NCBI GenBank assembly: GCA_000002445.1
Contig: CP000068.1
Location: 1-64,000 of the forward strand
Source of the DNA: Trypanosoma brucei
Lineage: Eukaryota
Length of the DNA stretch: 64,000 bases
Reading direction: 5' to 3'
Position 1 is the first letter of the stretch; the number at the start of each line of letters is the position of its first letter. Shown piece by piece: positions 50,401 through 60,897 of the stretch. The notes under the pieces are model-generated. The model made no database searches. It was not told the origin of the DNA and saw nothing but the letters and a program-made list of their open reading frames with translations. Made by a program: the position numbers and the translations under genes.

Positions 50401-51924
50401 ATGGCGAAAATAGTAGGGATTGTCCTAGGGTTACTTGTAATCGCTGACACTCTCCGTAGCGGCCACGCTGCTGGAACGTACGGCGTCACAAAAGCCAGTT
50501 GGCAGCCGCTCTGTGAAGCGACCACAGACCTGAGAACTATTCCGTCAGATGTGGCAGCAAACCTCAAAGCCGGAGTAACAAAAGTTAAAAACATGATCCT
50601 TGACTCCACAAGGGCGGCAATATACAGTCAACTTCAAAAAGGCACCAAAGAAGCGGCCCGGGTAATAACTATTTCATTGTACATGCTGGGAGCAGCTTTA
50701 CGCGCGGTAAGTTACCTGGAGTCCACCGACATAATCAACGGCGTGGACCTTGCGGCAAAGAGTGCGTACTTAAAAGGGCACATCGATGAATTTTTAAAGG
50801 TCGCAGAAAAGACAACAAGGTCAGGGGAACATTGTTTACTGGCTGCCGGGGACACCGGCGCGGCCACATTTGCAGGAGAGTCGCTAAATAGAGTTAACTG
50901 CCCGACCACCATGGTCGACACAACACCGACGAAGGCGTCACTAAAGAAACTATCCAGCAAAGGCCACAAAGGAGCGATGACACCAAGCAACGGAGGCAGC
51001 CACGAGCACCAAGCAAGCGGAACGTACAGGTGCAGGCTGTTTTCAAAGAGCAACGCCAACGGCCTTGCGCACTCCGGCGGCAACGTAGAAGACGGCATAA
51101 AATGGGCAGGAGGCTACTACAGCCTACACAGCACACCAGATAATCCACTGACAGTAGCGGATCTACGCGAAACGCCGGACACGCCACGAGAAGCGAGCAC
51201 AGCATGGCAGCAGGTTTTTACAGCAATATCAAAAGCACCGAACAGCGAGTCAGCCACATACACCAATAACTCAAAGGCGATTGACTCAGACACAGAAGCA
51301 ACCGAACTTCTGTCCCAAGTACTACACAACGAAAAAGGGGAAAATGCCGAAGACATAAAAAAAATGCGTGATGACATTTTTACCACCAAACTTGCAAGCG
51401 TTGTTGACAGCACCTTCGCTAATATTCATAACGCCAAACTACCGGCCAAAATCTCAGGTATTGACAAAGGCAAATCGCTAGGAGAAATCACAGCACCAAG
51501 CGACCTCGCAGCGTTGCTAGCAGCTTTGCTCCGCAAAATAGACACGGAGGTAGCGACACTCAAGAAGAAGCTCGAAACAACAAATGAGCGCCCAGACCCA
51601 GTAAGCGAAGCCACGTGCAATACAATCAAAGGTGAAGCAGACTGCAACAGAGCGGCAGCGTGTAGATACAACACAACAGAAACTTACGAAAATAAAAAGT
51701 TCCAATTTAATGCCTCAAAAGCTTCAGCAAGCGGTGTCCCTGCACCACAACCTCAAACTGGAGGAACCGAAACGACAACAGAAAAATGCAAAGGGAAAGG
51801 AGAGAAAGATTGCAAATCTCCGGATTGCAAATGGGATGGAAAAGAGTGCAAGGATTTCAGTTTTCTTGTAAATATGAAACTTGCTCTGAGTATTTCTGCT
51901 TTTATGAGTTTGGTAGCATTTTAA
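50401..51924 (+). CDS. VSG: Intact variant surface glycoprotein (507 aa) with signal peptide, N-terminal domain, two-subdomain C-terminal domain and GPI-anchor signal.
   Basis: Uninterrupted 507-aa ORF. Starts MAKIVGIVLGLLVIADTLRSGHAAG. The C-terminal domain has characteristic Cys spacing (...EKCKGKGEKDCKSPDCKWDGKECKDFSFLVNMKLALSISAFMSLVAF*). The 16-mer TGATATATTTTAACGC lies 45 bp downstream and a 70-bp repeat ~1.8 kb upstream. Confidence 0.9.
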   Translation: MAKIVGIVLGLLVIADTLRSGHAAGTYGVTKASWQPLCEATTDLRTIPSDVAANLKAGVTKVKNMILDSTRAAIYSQLQKGTKEAARVITISLYMLGAALRAVSYLESTDIINGVDLAAKSAYLKGHIDEFLKVAEKTTRSGEHCLLAAGDTGAATFAGESLNRVNCPTTMVDTTPTKASLKKLSSKGHKGAMTPSNGGSHEHQASGTYRCRLFSKSNANGLAHSGGNVEDGIKWAGGYYSLHSTPDNPLTVADLRETPDTPREASTAWQQVFTAISKAPNSESATYTNNSKAIDSDTEATELLSQVLHNEKGENAEDIKKMRDDIFTTKLASVVDSTFANIHNAKLPAKISGIDKGKSLGEITAPSDLAALLAALLRKIDTEVATLKKKLETTNERPDPVSEATCNTIKGEADCNRAAACRYNTTETYENKKFQFNASKASASGVPAPQPQTGGTETTTEKCKGKGEKDCKSPDCKWDGKECKDFSFLVNMKLALSISAFMSLVAF

Positions 51925-51968
51925 GAATACTTTTAAGTTTTATAAGATTCACTAAATTTGTTATTATT

Positions 51969-51984
51969 TGATATATTTTAACGC
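51969..51984 (+). promoter_or_regulatory. VSG 3'UTR 16-mer (TGATATATTTTAACGC) of the intact VSG.
   Basis: 15/16 match to consensus, 45 bp after the stop codon. Confidence 0.8.
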
Positions 51985-52099
51985 TTTTTGGTAAAAACTT
52001 TGCTAAAATGTTAAAATATGAAAAATTTAATGAAAGGTGCATAATATGAGAATTTTGGTATACTTCATTAGGGTAATAAGATATAAAAAATTAGTTATA

Positions 52100-52250
52100 G
52101 TTATAAGAGTAATAATAATAGAAGAGTGTTGTGAGTGTGCATATACGAATATTATAATAGGAGCAGTAATAATAATAAGAGTATTGGTAATAATGATAGA
52201 AGAATTTTGTGGGTGCTAGTATACTTATATTTTAATAATAGTGGCAATAG
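52100..52250 (+). repeat. 70-bp-type repeats, ~2.5 units.
   Basis: AGAGTAATAATAATAGAAGAGTGTTGTGAGTGTGCATATACGAATATTATAATAGGAGCAGTAATAATAATAAGAG...TTTTAATAATAGTGGC. Confidence 0.8.
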
Positions 52251-53863
52251 AGACTAAATTAACATATGAAAATAAAGCACTCGAAGTAGTGGCAAGGATA
52301 CAATGAGAGTAAGTAAGCGAAAAAGAGAGGGAGATGGAGCATGTTCACTTTCAAAAAGAAACATGACGACGCGCTGCCTTACGGACAAGAAGATAGAGGA
52401 GAGGGTGATGAAGAAGGTCAGACTAAAATGCACAGGAAAATGAAGCCTCGATACTTAATACAAAAAAGCAGTATAAGTGTAAGACACTTAAGAGTTCCAC
52501 TTCGAGTCTGCTTCCAAGAACTCCTGGAAGGACGCATTATTTCACTTTAGTTCTCAATAACTGATATAGAGCAATCTATTACAGATACTCCATCTGTAAA
52601 AGACTTAACTTTTGTCCAAAAGTTCGTCCCTAATCAGAGTTTATCGCACCGAAGAAGAAGAGACAAAAAACAAGCACCAAATTTAGAAGTGTTAGGTGAA
52701 AGAAAAATAACGCATCAAACCTGCAACATAAAAGTAGAAATCAAAGCGTTTCAGCATCATCAAATAGATTAGAGACACTTAGTTTTAAAGAAAAAAACAA
52801 GCAGAAAAATTAGTAAAGTTATTACGAAGAAGAAAGCTTTTCGTTTTTTTTTAGAACTAAGTTAACCACTTGCTTTTTAAAACCGCACCTTAAATGGAAA
52901 ATTTAGTACATTGACAATGAGGTGTTTAAAAGAGTGCAATTAAGTTCATTTTGACAAGTACAATGTAGTAAAAATATTCATTTATACAATTATTTCATTT
53001 CATTAACAGATTTCGATAGCTTTAAACTAAAAAGAAAGCAATATGTACTAGACAAACGTAGAAATGCATTGCAAAAATTGAAGAAGTAAAAGTCTGCATG
53101 TTTCAATTGCAATTAGTCCATAGGGAAAAAGTAGAACTTAGTCCTTCTCAATGCTCAAAATGTACGCAAACAAACAGAATAATGAAACAAGTAAAATACG
53201 GGGCTAAGCTTGCTGCGCACCAAGGTTCTAAGATTAAAAAATAACTTAGGGATCCTGTGTGGGGCCCTTATGACAAACTCCAAAGACAGTCTTAGTTCAC
53301 TAAAAAAAGTATGCAACTGCAGTAGATGTCAAGACTGTGGCTTTTAATTTACTGACAGGTCCTAGTGTTCGTCACAACACATCATAACAAAGGTTTCACA
53401 GGTTCATATACGTCTTTTGGAGTCGATGTAAGAGGGAAAAGAAACGGAAGCGATATGGACATATGTAAAAAAAATACCTGACACGTGGTATCTGTGGGGT
53501 GTCGTTAATACAAATGGAAAGCGCACGCTTTAAGCAGTCAAGGCAACGAGCACGTTCCACAAAGCTACAGTACACCAAAACGGAGACGTCTACACTGGAA
53601 AGAGGTGCCACAGAGACGGCGTATGTGCAACCACGAGCTGATGGGTTCACCACAACCACTGGCCCCATCTTGCACCCAATGTGTTCAATGTAGCGGTGCA
53701 TTTCGGTTAACTATCAGCAAACACTTTTTTGTCACGGAATCCTGGAGACGCAGCAGAGGCAGCGCTATCAGTATTTAAAGTAGGGAAGACCACTGAAATC
53801 TTTGCGAAAGACCAAGACCAATAAACTCTAGCCATAGCCATAATCTTCTCTCATCAACAACCA

Positions 53864-55323
53864 TTGACTAAAGATATGTTCAGGAAAGTAGTCACAATAA
53901 TCGGAATTTTAGCCGCCACAGCTGACAAAGCAGCGGGAGCGGCCAACGACAATGCCAGAGCTTTCAACGCTCTTTGCGCAGTAATTGGCATAGCGTCTTC
54001 TCCGCCTGACGTCGCGACAGAAGACAAAGGTGACAGCATCCCAGCGATCCTAGAAAGTCTAAAACAGCTCAATCTTTCGTTGGCGCCAGAAAGCTCCTAC
54101 AAACTTTCGTTCGAGAAAAAAACAGACGAATCTCAGGAATCACAACACTGGAAAGACAACAGAGACACCTGAGAAAAAAGTAAAAAATTAATCGAAGAAG
54201 GCACCACGTTGATCGACGGCATAAAGCTACTGCGCCCCGGGCCAAGCCATGAAAGGAAAGTCGCAGCGACGATTATAAACCGAACACTAGAGCTGGCGCT
54301 CACCGCAGCGGAAAAGCTCAAACCGGCAATACCAGCTGCAGCAGTAAAAGAACTACAAAACAAACGCTGTATGGCGAGAGCGGGACGCTAACAACTAACA
54401 ATGACGAGCCCTTTCCAGCCTCGGGTACCGCAGCCTGCGGCGGCGGCGACCCAACAAGCCAAAAATCAGGCAGCAGCCTCGCAGCCGACCTGGTCTGTCT
54501 TTGCGCCAAAACAGGCGGCAATGGGGAAGAGTGCGCGGGCAAAAGTGCCGGCACGATAGACTATACAGCCGCAGCCGCAGCGAAAGCAGCCTACGAAAAA
54601 CTACTACCACTGTGCCCGAAAGCCAAAGGCACGAAATTCAACACCGGAGCGACCGCCGCGGCACGTGCAGGGTTTATCACGGCGCTGAAAGAGAACGGCA
54701 AAAGCAATCAAGCCGAAGCCAACATATTAGGTGCAGAGAACGCCAAGCAATGCAACGGCGGCGCCCAAGGCAAATGAGTCTATTACAAAGGCGCACCAGC
54801 GGACGGGCACACACCTATACCGTGGCTAGACGCGCTCGAAACAGCAGAGCGGAAGGTGGAAGAAGCCAAAACAAACGCCCTTGCTAATGACGAAATTTAT
54901 AGTGCAGTTGTAAACCTCAAACAAACAGCCCTATCAGCGTATCTGCGGGCAATTTCAGGAGATGCATCGCTGCCGGTGGACAGCGCCCAGGCAGCAAAAC
55001 CGTCAGGTTCAGAAACGGAAAAATGCGACAAGCTCAAAACAAAGAAGGACTGTGAAGAAAAGGGTTGCCAATGGAAAGGAACTGATAACAAAACTGGCAC
55101 ATGCGAAGCAGATGAAACTAAAGTTACAACTCAGACAAATACAGCAGGCACAGGAGAAGGAGCTTCAGGAGCTACAACAGAGAAATGCAAAGGGAAAGAA
55201 CAAAAAGACTGCAAAGATGGATGCAAATGGGAAGGAACAGAATGCAAAGATTCCAGCTTCCTCCTAAACAAACACTTCGCCCTCAGCGTAGTTTCTGCTG
55301 TATTTGTGACCTTGCTTTTTTAA
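53864..55323 (+). pseudogene. VSG: VSG pseudogene (cassette 6). Signal peptide and N-domain start are present, with internal frameshifts. C-terminal domain and GPI signal are intact. A fossil telomere follows.
   Basis: ORF 53864-54172 starts MTKDMFRKVVTIIGILAATADKAAGAAN. ORF 54856-55323 ends ...EKCKGKEQKDCKDGCKWEGTECKDSSFLLNKHFALSVVSAVFVTLLF*. An exact 16-mer TGATATATTTTAACAC lies at 55373-55388. Confidence 0.8.
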
Positions 55324-55372
55324 TTTTTTCCCCTCTTTTTCTTGCTAAATTTTTTTGCTATTTGAAAACTTC

Positions 55373-55388
55373 TGATATATTTTAACAC
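55373..55388 (+). promoter_or_regulatory. VSG 3'UTR 16-mer, exact consensus TGATATATTTTAACAC.
   Basis: Exact match 50 bp after the VSG 6 stop. Confidence 0.85.
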
Positions 55389-55493
55389 CTAAAAAAATTC
55401 CCGAAAAAATTGAACTGTTTTTGTAAGTTGACTGTATGATTGTCTAGAAATTTTTTCTGACAACTAAATTTTTTTCTTCTTTTCCCGTTTTTT

Positions 55494-55841
55494 TTTGTTT
55501 TTTAGGGTTAGGCTTTTTTTACGTGTTTTTTTTTCAAGGTTTTTTTCCTCTATTTTCTTCGTTCATTTTTCTAGATTTTAAAAAATTTTTTGGTTTAGTT
55601 TTCACTATTTTGAATTTATTTTGCATTTGAATTTTTGACGGGTTTTTTATCTTTAATTTTTTTTAATTTACCGTTTTTTTGCTTTTTAAGTTTTTGAGAT
55701 TTTTTTCGTTTTTGACGGTTTTTTTTCTTAACGCCAGAGATCGTTTTTTTTTTGCTCCCTCTTTTTGTTCGCCGCGCAACGGACGGTGTCTCGGCTTAGC
55801 GGGTTCGGCTTAGAGTGTTTTGGGTTAGGGTTAGGGTTAGG
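55494..55841 (+). repeat. Degenerate telomeric/subtelomeric tract: T-rich region with TTAGGG-like units, ending in (TTAGGG)3.
   Basis: TTTTTTAGGGTTAGGC lies at 55494-55512. CGGCTTAGCGGGTTCGGCTTAGAGTG is degenerate. GGGTTAGGGTTAGGGTTAGG at 55822-55841 is exact. The tract starts ~170 bp after the VSG 6 stop. Confidence 0.7.
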
Positions 55842-55954
55842 TTTTTAATTTTCCTCTTACTAATAATTATTTTTAGCTCAAACCTCGCTGCCAATTGCTC
55901 CAATTCTATTTTAATTTTTTGATTTTTATTGTGCGTTGCAGGGCCTTTTTTTAT

Positions 55955-55966
55955 GAGGACCCTAAC
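55955..55966 (-). repeat. Inverted telomere hexamer pair (CCCTAACCCTTA on the + strand).
   Basis: The sequence ACCCTAACCCTTAT is ~115 bp downstream of the TTAGGG block, in opposite orientation. Confidence 0.5.
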
Positions 55967-56910
55967 CCTTATGCACGGAGCAGAATTTTGTTACGCTTTG
56001 TTCGACGGTTTTTGTTTCTGTGGCGCATAATTGTATTTTTTATATTTTTTCATTAGTGATGCAGCGGCTCTTTTTTAAAAAACAGCAAGACTGGTGCCTA
56101 TTTCCACTGGAGACATTCTCTCTTTATTTTGTACTTGAATTTTAATCTCCCACCGTTACGCTTACGTTAAATTTGTTTTTTAATTTTAGCTGTGCGTTTT
56201 GCGCGCTTTGCGCGGCTTTGCATTTTTTAAAACGGTGGCGCGTGGAGGTTTTGCTGCGCCAAACAATTTGGTTTGTAAGGGAAAATAAATTTAAAAATAC
56301 TAATATTTGGGGAATAGCCGATTATGAAAATTGGAAATTAAATATAAGCGGCACGATCTGTCGCTGCCACCCCACAATTAAAGACGCTCGGCTGCCAGGG
56401 GTGCGTTTTTAACTTCAAATCCGATGAGAGAAAGCATGCAGCAACAGCAACAGGAGATATAGCAACAGATAAGTGCGCTTCCGCATAAAATGCTGAGGGC
56501 TGTGTCAAAATAAGTGGCCCGATTCCTAAAGGAAAGAAAGCTTTTTGTGGTTGTATTACTTACATTGATGGCCAGGACACAGTAATTCATGTTTTTCTCT
56601 CTTCCAGTTTGTTTGTAACCAAAACTTTTCTCTGATGGCTGCTTCCTGTGAGAGTTTCGCAGTATTTTAGTGACTTAAGAATTTTTTCTCAATTTTATAA
56701 ATTTTTGTGAAATTTACTAAATTTTGATATGTTTAAATACCTTTGTGAGGCCTTTAAAAAATATGAAAATTTTAGTAAATTTCACAAAAATTTATATGAT
56801 AACAGCCTATGGGAGTCATGTGACAGAGTGATAGTGTGTCAAAAGAGATTTATGATCTGAAATTTAATATTTTTAATTTTATGAACACTAGTTAGCGGTA
56901 CAATATTACT

Positions 56911-57055
56911 GATAAGGATAATGATAATGATAATAATAATAGGAGAATGTTGTATGTATATACGAATATTATAATAAGAGCAGTAATAATAATAATAATA
57001 GTAATAATGATATGAAACTGTTGTAAGTGTGTAAATACTAATGCTACAATGAAAT
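56911..57055 (+). repeat. 70-bp-type repeats, ~2 units.
   Basis: GATAAGGATAATGATAATGATAATAATAATAGGAGAATGTTGTATGTATATACGAATATTATAATAAGAGCAGTAATAATAATAATAATAGTAATAATGATATGAAACTGTTGTAAGTGTGTAAATACTAATG. Confidence 0.8.
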
Positions 57056-57588
57056 TAGTAGTGAAGCCAAAGTAGACAACCAAGAATAATAGAATTCAAA
57101 ACAAAGGAGAGGGAACAATCGATGTGATGAAGTGAAAGCAAATTATGAAGAATATCATTGAAGGAAAAAAAGATAGATAGAATGTTCGTAGTGTTGTACA
57201 CAAATATAAAAATGGCGATCATCTGACACAAGGAGATGAAGAAAAGAGAAAGTTCAATGTACAAGTGAAATAAAGTCTACGTTACCTATAGTGAGAGAGG
57301 AAACTAAGGACCATAAATTTTGATATTTTACATTTAGATACAGGGCGGAATATTTTTTAATTGAGAGTGGAAACTTTTCGAACAAATTAGAGAAGCTGCG
57401 TGACTGATTTTCGCTCTTCAACTTTCTATTTTTCTCATAACAACTACAAATTTCACATGTATAATGGGACATGAACTTAATTATCTTGGCAGTTTTACTG
57501 GTTCTGCTGTCCTTAGTGTGTTTAACCTCGATAACCCTCAAGATGATAAAATAAATAACAAAACAGAAATGAGAGAATGATCTTAAGA

Positions 57589-58340
57589 ATCTTAGACTAT
57601 TTGTGGTTGTAGTTCAAAAGAATGCAACTAAAGGATGGTATAGGCTCATATTGAGTGCCAAACTAAGCAATATTGAAATTATTACAATTGCGATGGGAGA
57701 TTTATATAGTCATGTTAAAAGGACTAGATGGGTTGTGGAATTCATAGAAAGTAAGAATGCAAGTAATAAGGATGTTGTAATTCATTTGGATGGGTCTGAT
57801 GTTATTGTTTCTGATGGAGAAAAATATGAGAATTCTGTAAAGTATATTTTATACAAAATACTGCTTATAACAAAAAGAAATTTAGTGAAGATGAAATAGT
57901 GAAGGAGGAACAAATATCCCCTATTCTATTCATGACAACATCAGAGTGTTATACTCCTCAATTATATGTGATTATAAATTCGTATCATAAAGAGCGTGCG
58001 GAGAGGTGTTATTGGTTTTTAAATGTTGGATACAGGAAGAAAGAGGATAAAAAATTATCTCATTTGCTGAAATCATCTCCTAGTGCAAACATTATCTTAC
58101 TGAAGGTGGTGTCATATCAAGAGTTTGTGCACTTAGGAAATTTGAATATGCTTTTGGAGAGTTATTGAAAGGAAGCGATGAATGGTGGTGTTAGCAAAGA
58201 ATTTACACACCTTTGCTAATTTTGAGTGTGATTCAAGAAGAAGCTGTTGGACAGAGATTTGTTTTGAAGAGAGGAATGGTTTGATTGGATTATGAAGAAA
58301 GATTCTTTTCTACTCCCCTAGTGGTAAAAATGGACTAGCG
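57589..58340 (+). repeat. Conserved inter-cassette element, copy B. Contains ORFs 57603-57899 (98 aa) and 57899-58168.
   Basis: Near-identical to copy A across the first ~230 bp (ORF MVVVQKNATKGWYRLILSAKLSNIEIITIAMGDLYSHVKRTRWVVEFIESKNASNKDVVIHLDGSDVIVS). Divergent but alignable afterwards. Confidence 0.6.
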
Positions 58341-58595
58341 CATTTATTCATTTTCATGTAGCCACTTGCATGGGAATAAAAAAGCAAAATTTATTGTGAA
58401 AATGTTTCTCGGTATAAATAATTTTGAAGAAAACAATTTATTACGAATGACTTGAGGGAAATCGAAACTTCTTCAATAAAAGGGGGAAAATGGGAACTTA
58501 AACATGTAAAGGTTTGTAGTGTTTTTTGAGAGTGGTAGAATTTTTTAAAGTGGAAAAGCTCGAGAAGAGCCAAAGCAAGGCACAGTAGACGGCAG

Positions 58596-59825
58596 TTGTT
58601 CCCAGCTTTTCATGTTAATATTGGTTTCCTGCTGCGGTTACAGCGTCCGAGAATGTCACGCGACCGACCTGTTCCTTCAAGCCTGAAAACTAACACCCTA
58701 GCGCAAATGCAAAGTAAACTCTCTACGCTGCCCGCAGCGCAGACATTCGTTTTGCTTCGCCTGGCGATAACTGTCCATGTTTCCGATTCTAACATCGGGG
58801 CCGGGGAAAATGGAGCATACTACGCCGCGGCATGCTCCATTGTAAGCACGTTGGAAGGGGCAACAAAAATCACAGAAGGCGGCAACTCAGTGGACAGCTT
58901 ACTAGGTGATATCAACGCGATAAACCTTTCGGCCGCGGACCCAGCATTCAGGAAATTAATTAACCCTGAAAAAGACTGGGCGGATTCAGCGGCAAAAGAA
59001 GAGGTAGGTACAAACAGCTTTGCTTCAGACTGGGAAAAACGCTACGGATCGTGGAGGGCGGCGGCGGTTAAAATAAAAAACAACGAAGCAGCGTACTCAG
59101 AGTTCAAGCGCGAGAAAATCTCATCTGTAGCTCAAAAGACAATACGAGCAGCAACCGAAGCAGAAACGGCACTATCAACTGACTCAGCGCTGTGCGACCA
59201 AAAAAGCAAGATACAAACCATGGTTACCAATGCAAAAGCAGCACTGTATGAATCGGAGACAGGAAATGACGACGAGCAGGCGCCGGACCTAACCAACCGC
59301 ATCAATAAATGCGGAAAGGACGACGGAACTGGCGGTGACATCGCCGGGGAAAGTCTGAGAACGGACATAATCTGTATATGCTCGAAACAAGGCGGCGACA
59401 CCGGAAAGTATTGCTGCGAAGGCTGCGACGGTGCACCGGCAACAGCGTGGGCGGCCAAAACAAACAGCCCAACGATCTGGAAAGCACTCAAGCAAAACTG
59501 CGCGACCCTCTACCCAACTATTCCGCTAAGCACAGCAACATTAACGACGGCCGTAGCACACCTGCTCTCTTTAAGCTTAAAAGCACAAGGCATAACAACA
59601 CCCAAACAATTTTTTCTGGGAACACTGCTAACCACCGGAGCACAAGGCTGTGCCGGAAGTTCCGCAAACACATATGGCTATTGGGTTCGATACAAAACAA
59701 CTACGGCAGGAGCCTTAACATCAGCAAGCATACCATGGCTAACGCCTGCCAAAGAAGCCGCTGCAGCAGATTCTATAAAGCAAAACCAACAGAAGATCGC
59801 TAGAATTGAACTTTTTCGAATTTGA
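58596..59825 (+). pseudogene. VSG: VSG N-terminal domain (409-aa ORF) truncated at its 3' end by the ingi insertion. There is no C-terminal domain or GPI signal.
   Basis: B-type-like N-domain with Cys spacing ...ICICSKQGGDTGKYCCEGCDGAPAT.... The ORF stops at 59823-59825, exactly where ingi copy 2 homology begins at 59822. No CTD cysteines or hydrophobic tail are present. Confidence 0.75.
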
Positions 59826-60264
59826 ATTTTCTCCCTGCCTTCGTGGGAGTTTCCCCCCACTGGCGTGGCCATCAGCCATCACCGTAGAGCCCTGAGATGC
59901 TATCGGTCTGGCGACTGTGGCAGAGTCTCCCTTTTTTTTATTCATTCTAACACACTCTCTATAATTTTTGTTGTAGCTCCACAGTTGAACGGAATACAGC
60001 AGATGGGGCGAGAAGCCCCCCACCCCAGACTCTCCCAAAGATGTCAATTAGCAATCCTTTTGTTTTGATTTTTGTTATTCGTTTATTATTCTCTCCCCCT
60101 CTTTCTGTTTGTGTTGCTTGTTGATTGCATACCTCCTCTGTCTCTGAGGGTGTCTGGACTATTCCTGCGTCCGGTGCTTTTCCTGCTAGCTACACTCTCG
60201 GCAATAAGGGGGGAAGTTGCAGAAGGGAGAGTGGGTTGTATGACTGTTACATTAGGTGAGGACT

Positions 60265-60774
60265 TCACCTGCGGCCGGCTCCGTTCAACCGCAATGAGAA
60301 ACTGTGCCAGCCTTTTAGAGAAACATATATCCTGCACACACACACACCTTCTACCGCAAACCCGACACGTAACTCCTTCAAACTGGGACAGCTCATCAAG
60401 TGCAGCGACGTTTCTTCGCAGTCGCCGCGTTGGCTGGTAACAGCACGCTCTACCTTCATACCGTGCATCTTCTTTTGATGTAGGGTGAGGCCAGTTTTGC
60501 TAGCACACTGCCTTCCGCATGTCGGGCACACCAACATGGATGTGTTTGTATGCGGGGAATCAGTGGCACACAATTTTGTGCTTTTGCTGCATTTAAGCTC
60601 GACTCCCTCACCTTTGTGGAAAGCCTTACAGTGTCGGATGAGGGAGTTCCTGCAACTGAGCACTTTTTGACACACACCACACTGCACCTCGCCTTTCCCC
60701 GGGACGTCAACGTTTCCCTCACGGGCACGCTTACGAGGGAATTGCACTACCACCACGGTACCATCCTCCGTCAC
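60265..60774 (-). pseudogene. ingi copy 2 ORF segment (C-terminal zinc fingers, 169 aa).
   Basis: CGVCQKVLSCRNSLIRHCKAFH and CPTCGRQCASKTGLTLHQKKMH, near-identical to copy 1. Confidence 0.8.
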
Positions 60775-60897
60775 TATGCTCTTATGTTTGAATTTCTGGT
60801 GTAGTGACAGGGAAGAGCGTGTACCGAAGCTCGCCTCGCACAGGTCACATTGAAACGGCAGCTTCCGTGTATCCTGAGGGACTGGCGCTGCTGGGGC

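Noticed and set aside
55400-55800. The T-rich tract (GTTTTTT-type repeats) after VSG 6 read as a polypyrimidine splice or regulatory signal.
   Set aside because: It is better explained as degenerate subtelomeric/telomeric sequence, because it is seeded with TTAGGG-like units and ends in exact telomere hexamers. It is reported as a fossil telomere instead.
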